Made by a program: the position numbers and the translations under genes. This document shows, in pieces, positions 47,702-56,797 of a stretch of 64,000 bases of DNA (its first letter is position 1; each line of letters opens with the position of its first letter). The notes below the pieces were generated by a model. That model was not told the DNA's origin. It did not search any database and saw only the letters and a program-made list of their open reading frames with translations. Origin of the DNA: Actinomycetales bacterium (GTDB lineage Bacteria > Actinomycetota > Actinomycetes > S36-B12 > UBA5976); the NCBI GenBank assembly GCA_027484085.1, contig JAIXQF010000004.1, forward strand, positions 170,035 to 234,034, in the 5' to 3' direction.

Positions 47702-49360
47702 CTATCCCTGTGTTGGGTTCCCATACAGCAAGTCATCGGCATCCAAAATTCGATATGCATAACCTTGTTCAGCTAAGAACCTTTGGCGATGCGCTGCAAA
47801 GTCTGCATCCACGGTGTCGCGCGTGACGATTGTGTAGAAGTGCGCAGAACGCTTGTCACCCTTTGGGCGAAGTACGCGGCCAAGGCGCTGCGCTTCTTCT
47901 TGCCGAGAACCAAACGTGCCACTGATCTGAATTGCGACGCCAGCCTCAGGTAAGTCAACAGAGAAATTCGCGACCTTAGAAACTACGAGTACGCGAGTTT
48001 CGCCTTCGCGGAAGGACTGGAACAATCGCTCACGTTCTTTAATCGGCGTAGCACCAGTAATGGTAGGCACACCTAAATGCGTGCTGATTTCATCTAGTTG
48101 ATCGAGGTACTGACCAATAACCAAAATGTGATCTTCCGGATGAAGGTTAACAAGATGTTCAACAACCCGATTTTTGTAAGAGGTAGTACTGGCTAGGCGA
48201 TAGCGCTCTTCCGGTTCTGCCATCGCATAAGCCAAACGTTCAGCATCAGGCAAAGTCACGCGAACTTCGGCGCAATCGGCGGGTGCGATATATCCCTGAG
48301 CTTCGATGTCTTTCCACGGTGCGTCGTATCTCTTTGGCCCGATCAGCGAGAACACTTCACCTTCCATGCCATCTTCGCGAACCAGAGTTGCGGTTAAACC
48401 AAGACGTCTACGCGCCTGGATGTCAGCTGTGAATCTGAAAACTGGAGCAGGCAACAAATGAACTTCGTCATAAATAATCAAACCCCAGTCACGGGCATCG
48501 AATAGTTCTAAGTGTGCGTAGACACCTTGACGGCGGGTAGTCATAACTTGATACGTTGCAATTGTTACTGGACGAATCTCTTTGCGAGCACCTGAGTATT
48601 CACCGATTTCCTCTTCAGTCAATGTGGTGCGCTTTAGCAATTCAGATTTCCACTGTCGAGCTGAAACTGTGTTTGTTACGAGAATTAAAGTCGTCGCGCC
48701 AGCCAAGGCCATAGCAGCAGCGCCAACAATTGTTTTTCCAGCACCACATGGCAGCACAACAACGCCAGAGCCACCATGCCAAAAACCTTCCGCAGCTTCG
48801 CGTTGGTAGGTCCGCAACTCAAACGAATCTTCGGCCAGTGCGATCGGATGAGCTTCTCCATCAACGTAACCAGCTAAGTCTTCTGCGGGCCAACCAAGTT
48901 TGAGCAAAGCCTGCTTGATGTTTCCCCGTTCACTTGCATGAACTGCAATTGTGTCTTCATCAATTCGCTTACCGACCAATGGCTTGATTTTCTTGGAGTG
49001 CAGAATTTCTTCCATCACAGTGCGATCATTTGCAGTCAGTACAAGTCCATGCACTGGATGCATGTGTAATTGCAGGCGGCCATAGCGAGCCATGGTTTCA
49101 GCGATGTCAACGAGCAATGCGTGTGGAACGGGGTAGCGCGAGTACTTCAATAAGGTATCGATCACAGACTCGGCATCATGCAAAGCGGCGCGAGCGTTCC
49201 ATAAACCTAGAGGCGTGATGCGGTAGGTGTGAATGTGCTCGGGGGCTCGCTCAAGCTCGGCGAACGGTGCGATGGCATGACGGCACTCGCCGCTGAGCTC
49301 ATGATCAATTTCTAGTAGGAGAGTCTTGTCGCTTTGAACGATTAACGGTCCGTCAGTCAT
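47702..49360 (-). CDS. DNA repair helicase XPB (Ssl2/Rad25 family)
   Basis: MTDGPLIVQSD, LPCGAGKT, DEVH, GLTAT, QRLGR. Confidence 0.95.
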   Translation of the reverse strand: MTDGPLIVQSDKTLLLEIDHELSGECRHAIAPFAELERAPEHIHTYRITPLGLWNARAALHDAESVIDTLLKYSRYPVPHALLVDIAETMARYGRLQLHMHPVHGLVLTANDRTVMEEILHSKKIKPLVGKRIDEDTIAVHASERGNIKQALLKLGWPAEDLAGYVDGEAHPIALAEDSFELRTYQREAAEGFWHGGSGVVVLPCGAGKTIVGAAAMALAGATTLILVTNTVSARQWKSELLKRTTLTEEEIGEYSGARKEIRPVTIATYQVMTTRRQGVYAHLELFDARDWGLIIYDEVHLLPAPVFRFTADIQARRRLGLTATLVREDGMEGEVFSLIGPKRYDAPWKDIEAQGYIAPADCAEVRVTLPDAERLAYAMAEPEERYRLASTTSYKNRVVEHLVNLHPEDHILVIGQYLDQLDEISTHLGVPTITGATPIKERERLFQSFREGETRVLVVSKVANFSVDLPEAGVAIQISGTFGSRQEEAQRLGRVLRPKGDKRSAHFYTIVTRDTVDADFAAHRQRFLAEQGYAYRILDADDLLYGNPTQG

Positions 49361-51663
49361 TATGCAGTTCCTTCTTCGTCAACGTTCTCGGCAAGTTCAG
49401 CACCCGTGATGCGGGCAATAGTAAATGTGCGCACTTCGTTGGTTCGCACATCAAATGCAGTTAAGAATCCACCAGTAATTGTCAGCGGTTCCACAATTCT
49501 TTCGCTAGTCATGCCACCTTTATCGGCATAACCAATCCAGACTTCTTTACCGAGCGCTAGCGCATCGTTAAGCAGAGTCAAGGTTTGAGAAGTCGTACTG
49601 CGTGGCCCATTCGTAGAAGCCGGCTTGCTGGCATCTACTCGTTCGCCAGCGCGTAATGCTTTAACTGCCGCATTGACTAAACGGTTTGAAGGTCCGGTAA
49701 CCGTCACAGGCGAAGCAGCTGCCCGGGCTGACGTGCGCTTGGTATCTGGGCGATGAATGAGCACGGTGCCTTCGGCACTTTCAGCAACCGGGGCATAACC
49801 GCACGCGCGAAGTTTCTCCAGAACTATGTCCGCAGGAGATGAGCTGACGACAATGCCTGGAGCAAGTGATCGAAACTTCAATGATGCAAGCCGACGATCT
49901 GCTTGGACGGCAGTTACTAATTGCTCATCATCACAACGCAGATAAATCGAGGCCACACCAACGCGAAGCACGCCATGTTTGCGCGCAACGTCTTCGACTA
50001 GATAGGTAAGCGGCTGTGGCAGTGGCGTTTTGGAAAGCGCTGCTAGGAACTCAATAATGTCGTTTGCTGATTGACCTTGATCTAAAGCGCGGCGAATCGA
50101 ATTCTCGGTGAACCGGTAAGTAGTTGCTGCTCCCGTGGATTCCACATCAGCAAGCACAGCCATTGTTCGACGCTGGTTAGCAGCTAGTCGACCTGGCGCT
50201 AACGCAGTTAAGTCAGCCTGCACAATTACGTGGTCAACAGGGTTTGGCAATAGGGAACCCAGAACCTTCGTCGGATCATCGCCTTTGGCAACTGCCCGAC
50301 CGAATGAAGTTATGGCTCCTAGTGCAGTAATGCCAAGGGTTGCTGCTTCCTCCAGGACTGCCGAAACTGCAGCCGCCCGAACCATGGAAGAACGACGGGG
50401 GCGATGCCAATCAAGGTGCTCAGTAATTATGGCTGCGCTCGTAGTTGCGCCATCTTCGAGACCGACAAAGATATCGAGTAATGAAATACGTAACGGATTG
50501 ATAAAGCCGCGTTCAACTGCTGCAGTTAAAGAGTTAATTCGATCGCCACCGTCACCACCAACAACGTGGGGTGCGCGAACCATGTCTCGCCAAGACTGCG
50601 CTAACAACGTCCAGCGTGAGGCATCATCAATACTTAGCCAGCGATCGTATGCAGTTGTTGGTAACCAGCCGTCATGGGCATCAGCGCCAAGAAGGCCGGA
50701 TGCAAAAGCCACTTCAGTTACCAGCGCAGTTAGATGTTCGGAGACTCGAAGCAAATCCTTAGCCGCCGCCAAATCGCGGATCGCAAGTCCACCACCGCGC
50801 AATTGTGCAGGTGGGGCAATGGACCAAGCTTCAAGCAAAGTTTCAACTAGGCGAACAAAATCCAGCGCAGCATGGGCACCAGTGTCATTGACTCGCTTAA
50901 AGTCAATCGAACTCAAAACTGGCTTACCATTATCCGTTTTGATTTCTTTAAGCAGTAAACCATTACGCAATGAAATAGAAACTTCGCGTGGAACCACAAC
51001 AGAGGTGTCACTGACCGGAACAATCAATTCGTGAGCAAGTAACCACTCCAATGGCGACTTAGCATCTTCAATGCGCACTGATCGATTTGCTTGGCGCATG
51101 GTTCCGGCTGGCGTTCCCCACAAAAGTTGATTCATAATGTCGCGAACTTCATCGGGTCCTGAAGCAAGAGTTTTTTCTGCCAAGGTTTTCTTAGATGCAT
51201 ACTCCTTAACCTTGCGACGTGAGTCGGCAAATGACGCGGCTAGTCCACATGGGTAAGCGCCGAAAGACTCACGAGCAACGCGAACTAAATGCAGTTCTTC
51301 ATCGTCTCCCCAAACAAGAGCGCTAGAAAGCAATCGATCTATAGCGCTATCAATTACTTGGGAACTGTAGCCAATGGCACCTTTTAGGCCAGCGTGAACT
51401 TCAGTACGAGCTGTTGGATCAGGTAAAGCTGCCAAGACTTCGCAAACACTTAGTTCAATGTGATTGAGCGCATCTAAAGCGGCGCTAACGCTAGGCGAGG
51501 TAGTAGCCCGAACCGCAAGCTGTCCAAGGTCAGTTGGAACCGGGTGCAATAGGTCAGGGCGGGTTGCGAATAGGACTTCCAGTTGCTCATCGCTGCGCTG
51601 ACGCAGGTCATCGGCTAAAGACCTTGGGCGAACGGCCATTTCGGTCTTTTTGGAAGTGCTCAT
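49360..51663 (-). CDS. XPB-associated helicase-binding protein with C-terminal WYL domain
   Basis: RPDL, VQADLT...APG, YRFTENSIRRALD, PQPLTYLV; C-terminal IGY...RIVEP...RTF...RI. Confidence 0.88.
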   Translation of the reverse strand: MSTSKKTEMAVRPRSLADDLRQRSDEQLEVLFATRPDLLHPVPTDLGQLAVRATTSPSVSAALDALNHIELSVCEVLAALPDPTARTEVHAGLKGAIGYSSQVIDSAIDRLLSSALVWGDDEELHLVRVARESFGAYPCGLAASFADSRRKVKEYASKKTLAEKTLASGPDEVRDIMNQLLWGTPAGTMRQANRSVRIEDAKSPLEWLLAHELIVPVSDTSVVVPREVSISLRNGLLLKEIKTDNGKPVLSSIDFKRVNDTGAHAALDFVRLVETLLEAWSIAPPAQLRGGGLAIRDLAAAKDLLRVSEHLTALVTEVAFASGLLGADAHDGWLPTTAYDRWLSIDDASRWTLLAQSWRDMVRAPHVVGGDGGDRINSLTAAVERGFINPLRISLLDIFVGLEDGATTSAAIITEHLDWHRPRRSSMVRAAAVSAVLEEAATLGITALGAITSFGRAVAKGDDPTKVLGSLLPNPVDHVIVQADLTALAPGRLAANQRRTMAVLADVESTGAATTYRFTENSIRRALDQGQSANDIIEFLAALSKTPLPQPLTYLVEDVARKHGVLRVGVASIYLRCDDEQLVTAVQADRRLASLKFRSLAPGIVVSSSPADIVLEKLRACGYAPVAESAEGTVLIHRPDTKRTSARAAASPVTVTGPSNRLVNAAVKALRAGERVDASKPASTNGPRSTTSQTLTLLNDALALGKEVWIGYADKGGMTSERIVEPLTITGGFLTAFDVRTNEVRTFTIARITGAELAENVDEEGTA

Positions 51664-51836
51664 CTTGCTACGTTACGCGGTTTTGGTTGCTGAGCGCCAC
51701 TTGAGAAATGTTGGCATTCGTTGCAGATTTAGCCCTGAATCCTGCGGTTTGGGTGGATTCGGACTTTTCATCTACCCTTGAGTAAGGCATTCGTTTAACG
51801 AATGTCACATAAAGTAACCAGCGCAAGGAGAACACC

Positions 51837-52220
51837 GTGCCTACAGGCAAAGTGAAGTGGTACGACACCGAGAAGGGCTTCGGCTTCCTTCAAACGGATG
51901 AAGGCGAAGAAGTGTTTTTGCACGCCTCCGCGCTCCCAGCTGGAACCTTAACTTTGAAGAATGGCACCCGCTGTGAGTTTGGCGTGGCCGATGGCAAGCG
52001 TGGAATGCAGGCATTGTCAGTCCGAGTTATTGAAGCACCACCAAGCGTGGCCAAGGGTGGCCGCAAGGACGCTGAAGATATGGCAATCGTTTTGGAAGAT
52101 GTCATCAAGTTGCTCGATGGTTACGCCGGAAACTTGCGACGTGGACGTTACCCAGATGATAAGCAGACCGAAAAGCTAGTTGCAGTGCTTCGCGGCGTCG
52201 CTGATCAGATTGATGTTTAA
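51837..52220 (+). CDS. Cold-shock domain protein with actinobacterial C-terminal extension
   Basis: MPTGKVKWYD.EKGFGF...VFLH. Confidence 0.92.
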   Translation: MPTGKVKWYDTEKGFGFLQTDEGEEVFLHASALPAGTLTLKNGTRCEFGVADGKRGMQALSVRVIEAPPSVAKGGRKDAEDMAIVLEDVIKLLDGYAGNLRRGRYPDDKQTEKLVAVLRGVADQIDV

Positions 52221-53210
52221 TTGAGCACAACAACTTCCGCGGTCGAGATAGCTCGATCCGCACTTCTTGATTCAATTCCAGCCGATCACGTTGGCAAGGC
52301 TTTGGATTCTGTTGTTGAGCCAACTGAAGATTCTTCAGTGACCATCATTAGCTACACGTTTGAATGCACTTCACCTGGTTACCCAGGTTGGTATTGGGAA
52401 GTAAGCCTGGTCGAAGTTTCTGGTCAAGCAGAACTTTCTGTCAGCGAAGTAAACCTATTGCCAGGCTCAGCTGCGTTGGTTCCTGAGCAATGGAAGCCTT
52501 GGGCTGATCGCGTTGAAGCCGGTGACTTAGGCGTTGGTGATTTATTACCAGTATCTGAAAACGACGAACGTCTAACTGCAGGCTTTACTGCACTTGGCGA
52601 TCTGGATGATCTATCCGATGACCTCGCACCTTTGCATCCTGTCCAATGGGAACTTGGCTTGGGTCGCGAACAAGTACTTAGCACTATTGGTTTAGAACGA
52701 GCAGTCGATCGTTGGTTTGAAAAACAAAATGGTCCACGTTCAGCCATGGCAAAGTCTGCTCCAGCGCAGTGTGGCTCATGCGGTTTCTTAGTTGCAATCG
52801 GTGGCTCAATTGGTCAGGTATTCGGTGTTTGTGGAAATGAATTTGGCGCTGCTGATGGTCAAGTAGTTGCAACTACATTTGGTTGCGGTGCACATTCATC
52901 GGTTCGCGTTGCACAATCCACGCCAATCCCAGTTGTCGATTTAGTAATTGATGATCGTGCGGACGAGCAAAGTGATTCAAGCGATCTACCGGATTATGTT
53001 GCTGACCCTGTCGTAATTGATGCAGATGAAACCGAAGCAATTGATTCCGACGAAGCTGAAGATCGCACAGAAGTTCTTGCTTCCGAATTTGCTATGAAAG
53101 AAGCAGTTGAGGCAATCGAAGCTGCCACTGAAATTCTTGAAATGGAAAATTTAGATTCCGATGAGTCTGCAACTGAAATCGCAGATTTCTTCGGCGATGA
53201 CGATAAGTAG
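52221..53210 (+). CDS. DUF3027 family protein with acidic tail
   Basis: GYPGWYW, LLPG, W.PW.DR, CGSCGF...GVCGN...GCGAHS. Confidence 0.85.
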   Translation: MSTTTSAVEIARSALLDSIPADHVGKALDSVVEPTEDSSVTIISYTFECTSPGYPGWYWEVSLVEVSGQAELSVSEVNLLPGSAALVPEQWKPWADRVEAGDLGVGDLLPVSENDERLTAGFTALGDLDDLSDDLAPLHPVQWELGLGREQVLSTIGLERAVDRWFEKQNGPRSAMAKSAPAQCGSCGFLVAIGGSIGQVFGVCGNEFGAADGQVVATTFGCGAHSSVRVAQSTPIPVVDLVIDDRADEQSDSSDLPDYVADPVVIDADETEAIDSDEAEDRTEVLASEFAMKEAVEAIEAATEILEMENLDSDESATEIADFFGDDDK

Positions 53211-53214
53211 CTAG

Positions 53215-53574
53215 CTAGCAGCATTTCAGGTGCAGTACCCGCGCAATTGCGTGTATCGATTCCGGAATTACTTTGTAGTAAACGTTCATGCCACGACGTT
53301 CCTTTTGCACAATTCCTGCCAATTCAAGTCTCTTTAGGTGGTGACTAACTGTTGGCTCCGACAGATTCAGAACGGGAGCCAGGTCACATGTGCAAGCTTC
53401 CCGATCATCTTGGTCCAATAGAAAACTGACCAACTGAAGCCTTGCCGGATCCGCCAAGGCCTTTAACCGAAGGGCAAGATCGTTGGCATCGGCCAGACTG
53501 ATCTGCGCAGTTGAGCCAAGTGGAGGGCAACAGATGAGGTCGAGTACTTCGAGGATGGGTGGCGATTTAGGCAT
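53215..53574 (-). CDS. ArsR/SmtB metalloregulator
   Basis: CCPP, KALADPARL, ACTCDL, LSEPTVSHHL, C-terminal CC. Confidence 0.92.
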   Translation of the reverse strand: MPKSPPILEVLDLICCPPLGSTAQISLADANDLALRLKALADPARLQLVSFLLDQDDREACTCDLAPVLNLSEPTVSHHLKRLELAGIVQKERRGMNVYYKVIPESIHAIARVLHLKCC

Positions 53575-53593
53575 AAAAAAGAGTATGCCACAT

Positions 53594-53646
53594 ATTTGAC
53601 ATCTATCTAATAAGTGACATATTTAGTTATTAGATACTCATCTAAT
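53594..53646. promoter_or_regulatory. Two probable ArsR operators overlapping divergent promoters
   Basis: Perfect ATTAGAT-ACTC-ATCTAAT (53629-53646) and imperfect ATTTGAC-ATCT-ATCTAAT (53594-53611), which overlaps TTGACA at 53596. Confidence 0.75.
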
Positions 53647-53663
53647 TAGGAAAGGAGCTGAAA

Positions 53664-53738
53664 ATGACATTCTGCTGTGAAGCCGAAGCGGTAGAAGCGC
53701 TCGAAGTATGTTGCTCAACGGAAACTTCTTGTTGCTAA
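53664..53738 (+). CDS. 24-aa Cys-pair peptide MTFCCEAEAVEALEVCCSTETSCC (candidate metal/metalloid chelator)
   Basis: Strong RBS AAAGGAG at 53651-53657; three CC pairs; divergent from ArsR; below the ORF-track cutoff. Confidence 0.75.
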   Translation: MTFCCEAEAVEALEVCCSTETSCC

Positions 53739-53758
53739 ATACCTAGCACTAAGAACTA

Positions 53759-54052
53759 CTAGCTGGTTGATTCCTTGGCTTGCTCGATCCGAGCAGCACG
53801 TCGCTTGGTGTAACGCATTCCCAGCAAGCCAAGGATGATCCCGGCTACGCCAATTGCGATCCAATTGTCTCTACCAGCAGCCTCAAGTTGGTTGCGTAGC
53901 AAAACCATAATCAAGGTGGCTACTGACCATATAACTGTGCCCACTGTGACTGCTGTGATTCCGTTTACTTCAAGTGGCTTGAGTTCCTGCTTGGTTGCTG
54001 GGGAACCAGGGAATTGATCGGACTCGTTCAGAGAGTCTGCACTATTACTCAC
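53759..54052 (-). CDS. DUF2530-like small membrane protein
   Basis: PL...VGTVIW, two TM helices, basic tail; usual neighbour of the NCS2 permease. Confidence 0.75.
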   Translation of the reverse strand: MSNSADSLNESDQFPGSPATKQELKPLEVNGITAVTVGTVIWSVATLIMVLLRNQLEAAGRDNWIAIGVAGIILGLLGMRYTKRRAARIEQAKESTS

Positions 54053-54075
54053 AAGTAGGACACTAGCGTGTCGTT

Positions 54076-55551
54076 ATGGAAACCACTACAAAAACACAGG
54101 GCACATCGGCATGGGATCGCTATTTCCACATGACCGAGCGTGGCTCGAATCTAGGAACTGAAGTACGCGGTGGCATTGTCACCTTCGTAACGATGGCTTA
54201 CATCGTCGTACTTAACCCACTTATCGTCGGTACCGCCAAGGACATCAATGGGAATTTCCCAGGTGGTGGCCAGGACATCGGGGAAGCAATTTCGTTGGTA
54301 GCTGCAGCTACTGCGCTTGTTGCAGGCCTGATGACAATCTTCATGGGCGTGTATGGACGTTTCCCTATCGCTATTGCAGCCGGCCTAGGTCTTAACGGAT
54401 TCTTGGCTTTCGGCCTTGCTCCGTACATGACCTGGCCACAAGCATTTGGTCTAGTCATCATCGAAGGCTTCATCGTCTTGCTTTTGGTTCTAACCGGATT
54501 CCGCACTGCGGTATTCCATGCAGTGCCAGATGAACTGAAGTATTCAATCGGTGCGGGTATTGGTTTATTCATCGCGCTAATCGGATTAGTTGATGCCGGT
54601 ATTGCTCGACCAGGTGTGCCACTGATTACTTTTGGTGTATTTGGCGAGTTGGCTGGTTGGCCAATCTTTACGTTCGTGTTCGGTCTTCTCCTCATGGTCG
54701 TATTGGTTGCCCTTCGCAAGCGCGCTGCAATTTTGATTGGCTTACTAGTTACAACTGCACTTGCAGTTTTGCTAGAAGCCACTCAAAAGATTGGTGGTTC
54801 AAATACCGATCCATCACTGCCTGGTCTAGAAAACCCAGTCGGTTGGAATCTAAACATTCCAGCAATCCCAGAGACTCTTATCGGTTTTGTTGATCCAACA
54901 CCGTTGTTTGATATCGACATCTTCGGGGCTTTCTCATCATTTGGTGTGTTGGCAGCTGGCCTTGCAGTGTTCTCACTGTTGCTTAGCGACTTCTTCGACA
55001 CCATCGGAACCGTTACTGGGTTGGCAAAAGAAGCTGACCTAATGACTGCTGATGGCGAAGTAGAACACCTAGGTGAAATCTTGGCTGTTGACTCGTTGGC
55101 AGCAGTTGCAGGTGGTTTTGCCGGAACATCGTCAAACACCGCTTACATCGAATCTGCTTCAGGTATCGGCGATGGCGCTCGCACTGGTATTGCCAGCTTG
55201 GTAACTGGAACCCTGTTCTTGTTAGCGATGTTTATTGCACCGCTGACAAAGATTGTTCCTTACGAAGCAGCAGCTCCAGCGTTGGTGATTGTGGGCTTCT
55301 TAATGATGACTCAGATTCGCCACATCCCATTTGATGATTATGCAATTGCGATTCCATCGTTCTTGACCATCATCTTGATGCCATTCACCTACTCGATCAC
55401 AAACGGTATTGGTGCAGGCATGGTTTCCTATGTTGCAATCAAGATCGCACAAGGCAAGTCAAAAGAAGTTTCAGGTTTGTTGTGGATTATCTCTGCAGCA
55501 TTCGTGATCTACTTTGCAGTTCACCCATTAAAGGCACTGCTCGGCTTGTAA
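54076..55551 (+). CDS. NCS2 (AzgA-type) purine permease
   Basis: EVRGGIVTFVTMAYI, GLGLN, DFFDTIGT, YIESASGI, GARTG. Confidence 0.93.
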   Translation: METTTKTQGTSAWDRYFHMTERGSNLGTEVRGGIVTFVTMAYIVVLNPLIVGTAKDINGNFPGGGQDIGEAISLVAAATALVAGLMTIFMGVYGRFPIAIAAGLGLNGFLAFGLAPYMTWPQAFGLVIIEGFIVLLLVLTGFRTAVFHAVPDELKYSIGAGIGLFIALIGLVDAGIARPGVPLITFGVFGELAGWPIFTFVFGLLLMVVLVALRKRAAILIGLLVTTALAVLLEATQKIGGSNTDPSLPGLENPVGWNLNIPAIPETLIGFVDPTPLFDIDIFGAFSSFGVLAAGLAVFSLLLSDFFDTIGTVTGLAKEADLMTADGEVEHLGEILAVDSLAAVAGGFAGTSSNTAYIESASGIGDGARTGIASLVTGTLFLLAMFIAPLTKIVPYEAAAPALVIVGFLMMTQIRHIPFDDYAIAIPSFLTIILMPFTYSITNGIGAGMVSYVAIKIAQGKSKEVSGLLWIISAAFVIYFAVHPLKALLGL

Positions 55552-55562
55552 ATTCAAGTCTT

Positions 55563-55593
55563 TGGGGCGCACTGTGAAAAACGGTGCGCCCCA
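55563..55593 (+). terminator. Terminator-like hairpin
   Basis: TGGGGCGCACTGT-GAAAA-ACGGTGCGCCCCA immediately after the permease stop. Confidence 0.75.
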
Positions 55594-55637
55594 TTGTCGT
55601 GTCTGCCGACCTAAAAATATTGAGTTATTGTTTAGGT

Positions 55638-55730
55638 ATGAATTCTCGAGCCCGCCGAATCGTAACGATTGTTGTACTTGTTAGCTTTCTAGCGGCGGCT
55701 ATTGCGGCAGCCGTTTCACCTATTTTGTAG
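55638..55730 (+). CDS. 30-aa single-pass membrane microprotein
   Basis: MNSRARRIVTIVVLVSFLAAAIAAAVSPIL; -10-like TATTGT 6 nt before the ATG; fills the intergenic gap. Confidence 0.6.
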   Translation: MNSRARRIVTIVVLVSFLAAAIAAAVSPIL

Positions 55731-55745
55731 AAATCCTTTGCTTAG

Positions 55746-56765
55746 CTAAATACTTCGAACGCGAATTTGTAAGTTGATAAGCAACTTGTAAACCAGACTT
55801 CTATCCTTAGTCTGATTTACGGTTGCAACATAACGCGTGCTTGAAATGGGATCAAAGTACATAACATGCCCGCTTGCACCGGAGTGTCCATAAAGGGGAT
55901 TAAGCGATCTGAATCCTGTCATGAAGCTCGGAAGACTCAGCTTCATTTGCCCTAGCCCGTATTTCAATGGTGGGAAAATCTTTCGCCAAGTCTGCTTTGT
56001 TGGGTCTGCAAAATCTGGACTAAACAAACTTCCGTCGTAGTAGGACTTAAGAAACTTCATTGTCTCGTCTGTTGTGGAAACTATCCCACCGTCACAACCA
56101 GTTGAGGCCATTGCCAAATCGATGTTTAGAGGGCGATTCCCGTAGAGCATTTTCGAGATTTTTGATTTATCTTCTGAACCCGTTAGGACAAAAGTGTTTT
56201 CCATTCCCAGAGGTATTGCTATTAAGTTTCGTACCGCAGATGCGTAACTATTGCCGTTGATGGTTTCAAACACCCGACCCAGCAACTGGTAATTGGTATC
56301 CGAGTAATGCGCTGATTTACCTAGCTCGCCGTGAACACCAATCGCTCTGGTTCGTTCGATGGCATCTTGATAGCTCCAGCCTCGATCTTGGTTAACTATT
56401 TCATCAAACAACGAATTCCGACCTGGAAGTTTGTCACCAAAGTAATCCGATATCCCTGAGGTATGAGTTAGTAGATGCTCGATTGTGACTAAAGATTCGT
56501 TCCTAGGTTTCGTTAATCCCAGCAAAGATTCTGTTCCCAAAACATCTGCGACGCGGGTGTCCAGTCCGAGCTGGCCGTTATCAACGAGCTTGAATATCAG
56601 AGCATTTGTATAGAGCTTGGTAGAACTTGCAATGTAATGCAGCGGAAATGCACTCTCGGATTCGAATCGGTATTCAAATCCAGGAGCTTCAATGAGTACC
56701 TTTATGTCACCGGCTGTTTGGGAAGTTACGAACTTATCTAGATATTTATCAACTTTTGTAACCAT
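55746..56765 (-). CDS. Serine hydrolase, beta-lactamase family
   Basis: IASSTK, LLTHTSG, YSDTNY, GHSG. Confidence 0.85.
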   Translation of the reverse strand: MVTKVDKYLDKFVTSQTAGDIKVLIEAPGFEYRFESESAFPLHYIASSTKLYTNALIFKLVDNGQLGLDTRVADVLGTESLLGLTKPRNESLVTIEHLLTHTSGISDYFGDKLPGRNSLFDEIVNQDRGWSYQDAIERTRAIGVHGELGKSAHYSDTNYQLLGRVFETINGNSYASAVRNLIAIPLGMENTFVLTGSEDKSKISKMLYGNRPLNIDLAMASTGCDGGIVSTTDETMKFLKSYYDGSLFSPDFADPTKQTWRKIFPPLKYGLGQMKLSLPSFMTGFRSLNPLYGHSGASGHVMYFDPISSTRYVATVNQTKDRSLVYKLLINLQIRVRSI

Positions 56766-56797
56766 GGAACGAATTTATCACGGGACTAGATTCAAGA

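Noticed and set aside
50135-51034. 299-aa + strand ORF
   Set aside because: Antisense shadow of the XPB-associated gene; Ser/Ala/Arg-rich with no motif. The same applies to the many short antisense ORFs such as 246-659, 7995-8519 and 54198-54782.
49360-51663. WYL protein as a sign of a defence island
   Set aside because: It is the conserved actinobacterial XPB partner in its usual synteny.
54053-54075. Purine riboswitch ahead of the NCS2 permease
   Set aside because: Intergenic gap is only 23 bp and the gene looks leaderless.
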